Under the pieces are notes generated by a model. It saw only the letters and a list, made by a program, of their open reading frames with translations. It was not told the origin of the DNA and did not search any database. Below are positions 37,801 to 44,090 of a stretch of DNA of 64,000 bases, piece after piece. A program made the translations under genes and the position numbers. The stretch is from Candidatus Zixiibacteriota bacterium (GTDB taxonomy: Bacteria; Zixibacteria; MSB-5A5; UBA10806): assembly GCA_020348065.1 (NCBI GenBank), contig CP070742.1, positions 312,494-376,493 on the forward strand. Direction: 5' to 3'. The first letter of the stretch is position 1. Each line of letters begins with the position of its first letter.

Positions 37801-37992
37801 TCGGCTGATAGAATTGAGCCTCCCAACCTGCCCGTTGAAGAGCGAAAACGCACGTTTGCCGAGATTGAATTATGTTATTCCGTTGAGGATGCCCGCTGTG
37901 AAGCCAGGCGATGTTTGAGGTGCGATCTGGAATTCACACAACCGGAAGTCGAAGAAGATGACTACGTTAAAGTAGGAGAAAATAAAGCATGA
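34816..37992 (+). CDS. Fusion protein: NuoF/HydB-like NADH-binding FMN/[4Fe-4S] subunit + GltD-like FAD/NAD(P)H oxidoreductase
   Basis: 1058 aa. N-terminal thioredoxin-like domain. GLRGRGGAGFPTGLKW (FMN/NADH site). CGKCFTCRKG cluster. Then NPFPSICARVCDHNCENRC (GltD N-terminal FeS motif). VAVVGSGPAGLTTAHYL and IIGGGNSAIDAAR dinucleotide folds. Confidence 0.85.
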   Translation: MQSVKSAEEFLDLRKRIITDRDLKIPTIVISAGTCGQASGANDLIRVAKRELLFKSLTERIHLRITGCHGFCEIEPSVLIEPRGTIYPKVGINEMVRIIEGIDQGRVVEDLLYTNPATGQKIEKQADLPFYKRQTRTILSQNEKIDPIRTYNYIENNGYLALVRVLQKSDSKWIIEEIKASGLRGRGGAGFPTGLKWEFLANQCDSGEKYLVCNADEGDPGAYMDRSILEGNPHSVIEGMIIGAYATGATKGIIYVRNEYPLAIKHLVIALRQARELGVLGDNILGSGFSFDIELVRGAGAFVCGEETALIRSIEGKMGEPRQRPPFPVQKGINGNPTAINNVESWANIPVIIRDTARKYSKIGTKGNSGTKIFSLVGKIKNTGLVEVPLGIKISEVIYDIGGGPVGDAKIKAVQTGGPSGGCIPASMFDLSIDYDSLTKAGSIMGSGGMIVMDENTCMVDVAKYFMNFLKDESCGKCFTCRKGTQRMYEILDDITKGNAGMEDLDLLEELASVVKDTTMCGLGHGASNPVLSTLRYFRSEYIRHIVDKRCDAYVCKDLVGAPCQSACPVGTEPWRYIAHLARGEYEEAYRVIRETNPFPSICARVCDHNCENRCKLGTTGSKPVAVRALKRFIADRVDPASYRPVRQPTAENESKKVAVVGSGPAGLTTAHYLSLKGYKVTIFEADKEPGGMLLAGIPEYRLPRNVLRKEIECLLDENINVKCETTLGKDFTADDLFKDGFGAVFLALGAHHSKSMGIEGENADGIYPSINFLREFNFKGQNLAKGHVGIIGGGNSAIDAARVALRQSDVESVTIFYRRSRKEMPAFQMEIDAALEEGVNLQTLVSPTGIISENGRLSKVEFIRNELGKPDASGRRSFREIPGSEFSAPLDTLIVAIGEQMYPYALDGSSGIETVRGGAIAIDENNLSTKREGVFAGGDVVTGPNSVINAIATGKKAAHIIDCYLNERPMIIPAEKRLPEVYVEPVAVSPEDQGSADRIEPPNLPVEERKRTFAEIELCYSVEDARCEARRCLRCDLEFTQPEVEEDDYVKVGENKA

Positions 37993-38666
37993 TCAATTTG
38001 CATATTAACGGTCTTCGGGTATCGGTCGAGAAAGGCACAACCATCCTCGAGGCGGCGAAATTTCTGGGATTCCCCATACCTACTCTTTGCCACATGGAGG
38101 GTCTCTCGCCCTACGGCGCCTGCAGGCTTTGCGTTGTGGAAATCGGGGAAGGCCCGAGATCTAAACTGGTGTCGTCCTGCACTTACCCGGCGGAAGAGGG
38201 ATTGAAAGTCCGGACCGCTTCGTCCAGGGTTGTGAAAGCGAGAAAAATGGTTCTGGAGCTTTTGCTGGCCTCGTGCCCGCAATCGAAAGTCATCCAGGAC
38301 CTGGCTTCGGCTCATCAGGTTTCCCGGCAGCGCTTCAAGCAGGAATATGAAGATTGTATCCTCTGCGGATTGTGCACACGAATGTGCGAGGAGCAGATGA
38401 TGGCAAAAGCCATAGGCTTTCGCGGAAGAGGCGAAAATAGAAGCATCGGCACGCCCTTCGATATCAAATCGGAAGTCTGCCGTCTCTGCGGCGGATGCAT
38501 CTACGTTTGCCCGGCCTGTCAACTCAGATGCACTTACAATCAGCCGGAAAAAGCCATTTGCGGCGGATGCGCAAACCTGAGCCCGCCCTGCGTTGAAAAG
38601 GAAAAATTCGATGATATGATGTGTTACATGGACCCTTGCGTCGTTTGTGAAATAAAGAAAGACTGA
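37989..38666 (+). CDS. NuoG-N-terminal-like [2Fe-2S]/[4Fe-4S] ferredoxin subunit
   Basis: 225 aa. MINLHINGLRVSVEKGTTILEAA...CH..GLSPYGACRLCVVEI, plus CILCGLCTRMC and CRLCGGCIYVCP cluster motifs. 4-nt overlap with the upstream gene. Confidence 0.8.
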   Translation: MINLHINGLRVSVEKGTTILEAAKFLGFPIPTLCHMEGLSPYGACRLCVVEIGEGPRSKLVSSCTYPAEEGLKVRTASSRVVKARKMVLELLLASCPQSKVIQDLASAHQVSRQRFKQEYEDCILCGLCTRMCEEQMMAKAIGFRGRGENRSIGTPFDIKSEVCRLCGGCIYVCPACQLRCTYNQPEKAICGGCANLSPPCVEKEKFDDMMCYMDPCVVCEIKKD

Positions 38667-38687
38667 TATAAACGGAGGAAAAATACA

Positions 38688-40277
38688 ATGGCAATCACGT
38701 TTTCAAGAATAAACTCCTCGGCAGCAACCCTGACGAAAAATAGAACTGAAGGTTCCATAACGCCCAATTCAGGGATGTGCGTAACCTGCGTTGACGGTTG
38801 TATAGGAATGTGCGAAATCGGGAAATCGGCATACCGGGGCCACGAGGTGATATATCCCCAGCCTTTCGGGGTCATCACCACCGCCGCCGAGAAAACCTAT
38901 CCTGTAGATTACTCGCATTTTAATATCATGGGCACCGCCGTCGGGGCCCACGGTATCGAGGCCGACAGCGATAAGGCCATATTCCCCGCCGTAAATCTTG
39001 AAGTCCATTTCGGGCATGATAAAGGAATAAAATTCCGCTATCCCTGGATAATCCCGGGAATAGGCTCGACCGACATCGCCAGGAACAACTGGGAGGGTCT
39101 GGCTATCGGCTCTGCTCTAGCCGGTACCGGCCTCACCATCGGCGAAAATGTGGCCGGCATGGATATGGAATCGGTCATCAAAAACGGAAGGGTCGTCGAT
39201 ACTGTGGATCTTAAACGCCGTATCAAACTTTATCAGGACCATCAGAGAGATGGCTATGGCGCGATAATAGTACAGGCCAATGTGGAGGATACCCGTCTGG
39301 GCGTACAGGAGTACGCTATTAACGAGTTGGGAGTCCAGGTTGTTGAGCTCAAATGGGGTCAGGGTGCGAAGAATATCGGCGGTGAGGTAAAAATCCGCAA
39401 TCTCAAAAAAGCGCAAATGCTTTATGAACGCGGATACGTGGTGTTGCCCAATCCGACCGACCCGAACGTAATCAAAGCTTTTGAACGGGGAGCTTTCAAA
39501 GAGTTCGAAAGACATTCCAGAGTCGGTATGGTTTCAGAAGAATCGTTCGCCGCCAGAGTGGAGGAGTTGCGCAAGGCCGGAGCGAAATATGTGTCTCTTA
39601 AAACCGGAGCCTACAGACCCGCCGATCTGGCCCGGGCGATTAAATTTTCCTCCAAATACAAAATCGATCTGCTTACGGTGGACGGCGCGGGAGGCGGAAC
39701 CGGCATGAGTCCGTGGAGAATGATGAACGAGTGGGGAGTCCCCCCGGTCGAACTTCACTCCCTGCTTTATCAGTATGCAAAATCCCTTGCAGATAAGGGA
39801 GAATACGTTCCCGCTCTGGCGCTTGCCGGCGGTTTCACATTTGAAGACCAGATATTCAAAGGCCTTGCCATTGGAGCTCCCTTCGTAAAATTGGTCGGTA
39901 TGGCAAGAAGCCCGATTGCCGCGGCCATGGTGGGCAAGACCATAGGCCGCACCATTGACGAGCACCAGCTTCCGGTTTATGTTGAGCGGTTCGGCAACAG
40001 CAAAGATGAAATATTCGTTACCTCCGGGGAATTGCGCAAGGAATTGGGTGATGATGAATTCGAGAAATTGCCCACCGGCGCAATCGGACTCTATACCTAC
40101 TATGAGCGCCTGGCCCAGGGTCTGCGACAGCTTATGTGCGGCAGCAGAAAGTTCACGCTGGAGCATATAACGCGAGACGATATAGCTTCCTTGACCCGTG
40201 AGGCGTCCGAGATAAGCGGTATTCCACACGTGATGGATTTTGACAAACAGGAGGTTGAGGAAATCCTCAAGAATTAG
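38688..40277 (+). CDS. Glutamate-synthase-related FMN-binding protein (GltB domain-2-like, no amidotransferase domain)
   Basis: 529 aa. N-terminal CVTCVDGCIGMC motif. TIM-barrel region with LLTVDGAGGGTGMSPW, comparable to the GltS FMN-domain signature. Confidence 0.75.
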   Translation: MAITFSRINSSAATLTKNRTEGSITPNSGMCVTCVDGCIGMCEIGKSAYRGHEVIYPQPFGVITTAAEKTYPVDYSHFNIMGTAVGAHGIEADSDKAIFPAVNLEVHFGHDKGIKFRYPWIIPGIGSTDIARNNWEGLAIGSALAGTGLTIGENVAGMDMESVIKNGRVVDTVDLKRRIKLYQDHQRDGYGAIIVQANVEDTRLGVQEYAINELGVQVVELKWGQGAKNIGGEVKIRNLKKAQMLYERGYVVLPNPTDPNVIKAFERGAFKEFERHSRVGMVSEESFAARVEELRKAGAKYVSLKTGAYRPADLARAIKFSSKYKIDLLTVDGAGGGTGMSPWRMMNEWGVPPVELHSLLYQYAKSLADKGEYVPALALAGGFTFEDQIFKGLAIGAPFVKLVGMARSPIAAAMVGKTIGRTIDEHQLPVYVERFGNSKDEIFVTSGELRKELGDDEFEKLPTGAIGLYTYYERLAQGLRQLMCGSRKFTLEHITRDDIASLTREASEISGIPHVMDFDKQEVEEILKN

Positions 40278-40398
40278 AAAATATATTAAAAATAAAGCTT
40301 AATCGATATGCCGGGTGACTCGGATTCTCCTTGCCTGGGGACATAAATCCGTAAGTTTCAGATTTCACAAATCAGCCCGGCATATTGATTTTATAAAA

Positions 40399-40427
40399 GC
40401 CTCGCGGCTAATTCCGCGGGATTTTTA
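40399..40427 (+). terminator. Rho-independent terminator candidate at the end of the sigma-54 operon
   Basis: GC-rich stem cgcgg/ccgcg (40403-40407/40414-40418), extendable with one bulge, followed by ATTTTTA (40421-40427). Confidence 0.45.
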
Positions 40428-40510
40428 TGTTTATACGATTACGCGAACTTAGAATTAGTGTGGACACTCTTACCTGTTAGAATCTATTTAGAGACATAGG
40501 AATAATAAAC

Positions 40511-40530
40511 CGGAGAGGCAAGGGTTCGAA
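40511..40530 (-). repeat. Distal direct repeat of the tRNA-Ser 3' end (att-like site)
   Basis: cggagaggcaagggttcgaa here against cggagaggcagggattcgaa at 45324-45343. 18/20 identical in the same orientation. Confidence 0.65.
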
Positions 40531-40675
40531 AACCGGCGATTTTTTAATTTCTTAGCTATTAGTAAATTACTTGGAATCCGTCGCCTGGTAAGGGATTACT
40601 TTATTCAAGTACAGGCAAGTTGGCTCAAGTACAAGCGAGTTTTATGATGTTTGCTGTTGGAAAATTGTTGGAAAA

Positions 40676-41038
40676 CTACAATTCTGCAGTTGGATTGTCT
40701 TTACCCAATATTTTAATATTTCCCTCCCCTCCACAGTATTTACTTATTAACTCTTTAAGTTCAACAAGAGCCTCATATATTTTCTTATTATCTTCCGGGA
40801 TTGGATTTTCTATAACTACGATAGCATTTTTTGTATTAGCGGTTAATTTAGTTCTGTCTCCTTCCCTCCAATTCCAACATCTACAAACAATCCCTTTATC
40901 GTCTTTGTATACTACTTCACCTTCCCATGGAGGATTATTCTCTTCTTCTCCTAATGGAATAAACTCTTCATTTCCTTTAGCAAACCCTATGGTCAAATCA
41001 CCTTCTATTGAATCCAGGTCTTCTCCTTCAATAGTCAA
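40676..41038 (-). pseudogene. B3/B4 (PheT-like tRNA-binding) domain protein, C-terminal half only
   Basis: 120-aa ORF starting at TTG, with a stop 2 codons upstream. The sequence GEVVYKDDKGIVCRCWNWREGDRTKLTANTKNAIVVIE matches my recollection of the COG3382/B3_4 family core. Full-length members are roughly twice as long. Confidence 0.5.
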
Positions 41039-41116
41039 AGTGTCTTAACTAACTATCCACTTTTTCGGGGGAAGGTCAATGCATATCGGTTCCCTTGCGA
41101 ATAAATTAATCTGTTT

Positions 41117-42460
41117 CTAAATATCAATTTTTTGGGAAATATTCCTAAAATGGTGTTTTACAACTTCATAATTATAGTCCTGACAATGCCCAATATTTGC
41201 TTTACTTCTCTCGAATTTTATAATTTCCCACAAGTCGCTTAGGGCAAATATTTCACAATCCTTATTTTGTACCGAATATTTTATTATTTCTGGATCAGAT
41301 TTCAATAGTTGTTCGTTCAACTCTCTCTCTCTTTTTATTCTTTTTAGCCGAGCTTCATCGCTTTGCGATAACCCACTTTTCGATAATTTATCTAAGGAAT
41401 ATTCGATGTCAACCACAATATGAATTGCTATTATATTACTCACATTTACTTTTTTCAGGTCTTTACTTAATTCCACCACCCCTGCTAGACTATGTCCTGA
41501 TAGCAAAAGATCATACTTATAATTTTCCATTATATCTTCAAATAGAATCCCATATTCAGATTCATCAAATTCGCTATTTTTAGTATTAATGAATTTATTT
41601 TCTTTTTTAAGCCGCTCGAAATCAAATAAAGAAATATATCTATAATCAAGACAGTATGCTTCTCCCTTACGCTTATCCCGCGTTGTACATTTGGCTACGA
41701 TTTTCAGTTCGTTACATCTATTACTTAGGGCACTTATCAATTTACTCTTGCCGGAACCTGAGGGGCCAACCAAAATGAAGGCTATTCTACCTAAAGGAAT
41801 AGGAGAATATACAGGATTTATTGCGTGGTATGTTCTTATTGTAAATTCTTGCATCCATTTCAATCTAGAAATATATGCAAGGAATATACCAATAGTTGAA
41901 AATATAAATAATCCAGTTAGAGTAAAATAAAGCGCAGCGTTTTTTAAAAATAAATTTAAGCAATAAGGAAATACTAACATTAACAACAAGTTCGGTATAA
42001 TTAAGCCCCTGCAAAATCTCACGTCGTTTCTATGAATTTTAAGTTGATTAATAACATCAGCAGAATGAACATTTAAATGAGCTCTAATTAAACTAAATAA
42101 ATCAGCGATTTCATCCGACTGAATTTCAAGGCGATTCTTTAGATATCTTTTTATCAAAGGAAGATTAGAATATTGCTGGGATTTTATGAATTTATTCAAT
42201 GTATTTTTTCTAACACCAATTTCTATGGACTTAAATATTTTCATTGAAAGCGCATTATTGCTTGCGCCTAACGCATATGATATTGTAATCCCCAAAATGC
42301 CAATAATTATAAAAAGTTGTGTCGGGATATTATTAATAATCTTGTAAATATTGTCTATATTATTATAATTATAAACAACACATAAGACTATTAACGCTGA
42401 GCAAAATAGCAACAGTATCCCACTAAAAAAGTATTCGGCTATTAATGACTTTTTTTCCAA
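41117..42460 (-). CDS. Membrane-anchored (about 4 TM) guanylate-kinase-like P-loop protein
   Basis: 447 aa. Hydrophobic helices at about aa 6-30, 46-66, 153-172 and 175-197. Then ILVGPSGSGKSKLISAL (P-loop), CTTRDKRKGE (compare TTRxPRxGE of Gmk/PhnN) and LDYRYIS..F. Confidence 0.7.
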   Translation of the reverse strand: MEKKSLIAEYFFSGILLLFCSALIVLCVVYNYNNIDNIYKIINNIPTQLFIIIGILGITISYALGASNNALSMKIFKSIEIGVRKNTLNKFIKSQQYSNLPLIKRYLKNRLEIQSDEIADLFSLIRAHLNVHSADVINQLKIHRNDVRFCRGLIIPNLLLMLVFPYCLNLFLKNAALYFTLTGLFIFSTIGIFLAYISRLKWMQEFTIRTYHAINPVYSPIPLGRIAFILVGPSGSGKSKLISALSNRCNELKIVAKCTTRDKRKGEAYCLDYRYISLFDFERLKKENKFINTKNSEFDESEYGILFEDIMENYKYDLLLSGHSLAGVVELSKDLKKVNVSNIIAIHIVVDIEYSLDKLSKSGLSQSDEARLKRIKRERELNEQLLKSDPEIIKYSVQNKDCEIFALSDLWEIIKFERSKANIGHCQDYNYEVVKHHFRNISQKIDI

Positions 42461-42462
42461 CT

Positions 42463-43227
42463 CTATGTTAACTTGAATTCTTGGTTATCTTCAAGTATTA
42501 TTAGATTTTTTAACTTTAAATCATATAATTCATCCATAATTTCTAAGCGCCTTTTTGGTTTTAAATGAAATACATAAAGATTGCACGACCCAAGATTATT
42601 TTCCCTGACAATTGAATTCAATAGAGTGGGTGTTAAATGACCATCAATGTGAGCTTTTTTTAACTGTGAATTCGGAAGTGAGCATTCAATTATGATATCT
42701 TTCACCTTATTTATTCTGCAATAATTCCAAAATTCACAGCTTGGTCCTGTGTCTGAAGAATATCCAAAAACGACAGCCCCATTTTTAATTATATAAGAAT
42801 ATGTTGGGACCGTATGGCTAACTGGAACTGCCATAATATCATACTCAGAAAAATTATAATACTTTTTTTCCAAAATAGGAAAATAAATTAACGGCGCTGG
42901 ATTAAATTTATTAGTATTCGAATAATCAAACCAAATATTTGAATTAAATATATGACTCCTAAGAGCTGAAATAATCGCTTTAGGAGCAATTATTTGAATG
43001 GGAGTATCGTGATTCATGTCTCTTGAGGGAGGTAAAAATCCTAATTCTTTTATGTGATCCAAATGCATATGAGATATCAACACATATTTTATTTTTCTAC
43101 GTTCATTGATATCTAGCTGTGAGGCAACAGAACCAGCGTCGATCAGTAAATCATTGTTTATTAAAAAGCAAGACGAATATTTACCGGGATAAGGACTGCC
43201 GTTACACCCCAAAATTCTTAAATTCAT
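42463..43227 (-). CDS. MBL-fold metallo-hydrolase, phosphodiesterase-like (class II cNMP PDE / PhnP / YhfI-Apyc1-like)
   Basis: 254 aa. MNLRILGCNGS...CFLINNDLLIDAGS...YVLISHMHLDHIKELG (HxHxDH metal motif). The stop is 2 nt from the next start. Confidence 0.75.
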   Translation of the reverse strand: MNLRILGCNGSPYPGKYSSCFLINNDLLIDAGSVASQLDINERRKIKYVLISHMHLDHIKELGFLPPSRDMNHDTPIQIIAPKAIISALRSHIFNSNIWFDYSNTNKFNPAPLIYFPILEKKYYNFSEYDIMAVPVSHTVPTYSYIIKNGAVVFGYSSDTGPSCEFWNYCRINKVKDIIIECSLPNSQLKKAHIDGHLTPTLLNSIVRENNLGSCNLYVFHLKPKRRLEIMDELYDLKLKNLIILEDNQEFKLT

Positions 43228-43890
43228 TTATACCTCACTATAACTTATATATTCAACCTCAAAATTTACTATATTGAAAATCACTTTATAAATTGCTGTA
43301 AATGGAATATCTTTAATGTGTCTTCCAAATCCACCCCACAAAATAGCCCTAATGAGGCTACTGTGTGTTACGACTAGAGGATATTGAAATAAGATATTAC
43401 CGATATTATTTAAAATGAAGGAATTTAGTCGCAAAAATCCTTTTTTATAACTCTCTATACCATAATGCTCGCTTTCAAAGTTCCATTTATCATCACTCCT
43501 TTTACCATGTAATGATTTTAAAATTGTATTTGAATCAATTTCTTTTTTCGTTAATCAGTAAAGAACACCCTTAGCAACGTCGGATAATTCCAAATAGGTA
43601 ATAATATTTAATTTCATGATATTAGCAATTATTCTACTTGTTTCAATGCTTCTCGCATATGGAGAAGAATAAATATACCGAATATTTAAATGTTTTAATG
43701 TTTCCATTTTCTTTTTTACAGATTCTATTCCATTTTTACTCAATTTTGAAAGTTTAGAGATATGTATCGTTTTTGATTCGTGTTCATTTGTCTGGCCATG
43801 CCTCATAAAATGTAAAGATATTATTCTCAAAGCAATTAAAGAATTAAAAATATTTCGGTAAAAAAAATCTCGTATTATCTTTAATATCAT
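43228..43890 (-). pseudogene. Histidine phosphatase (phosphoglycerate-mutase-like) family gene interrupted by a single in-frame TGA
   Basis: Track ORFs 43555..43890 and 43228..43434 are in the same frame (663 nt = 221 codons), separated only by TGA at 43555-43557. Motifs are FMRHGQT, IYSSPYARSIETS and, after the stop, LVVTHSSLIRAIL. Confidence 0.65.
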
Positions 43891-43900
43891 TCATTACCGG

Positions 43901-43929
43901 AATATATCGGTTATTAATGTTCTTTGCAA
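43901..43929 (-). promoter_or_regulatory. Sigma-70-like promoter for the island cassette (TTGCAA-17 nt-TATATT)
   Basis: On the minus strand: TTGCAA (43929-43924), 17-nt spacer, TATATT (43906-43901). It ends 10 nt before ATG 43890, so the transcript would be near-leaderless unless a downstream start is used. Confidence 0.35.
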
Positions 43930-44090
43930 CAATTATTTGGATTGATTTTAAAACTGGCATGGTGCTTAATTATATATTAAATTAACTTGTTAAAATAATG
44001 AAGATTACGAAAACTCAAGAGGTTTAAAATAGATTTTTGCTTTGATTGTGTGAATATTGTGAAACATTATTATAGATAAATTGAAAATAA

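Noticed and set aside
39534-40229. 231-aa minus-strand ORF
   Set aside because: It lies antisense to the GltB-like gene, which carries the GGGTGMSPW FMN-domain signature.
40620-41048. 142-aa plus-strand ORF in the island
   Set aside because: It lies antisense to the B3/4-like fragment. The translation is a Ser/Leu/Pro-rich low-complexity product of AT-rich DNA.
43555-43557. Genome-wide TGA reassignment in the host
   Set aside because: Host genes in this window terminate at TGA in sensible positions, for example the tamB stop overlapping the tamA start at 20551-20554. Any recoding idea can apply only to the island donor.
43228-43890. Treating 43228..43434 and 43555..43890 as two independent small genes
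   Set aside because: They are in one frame, separated by a single TGA. Together they reconstitute the N-terminal (RHG) and C-terminal (VVTHS) halves of one histidine phosphatase.
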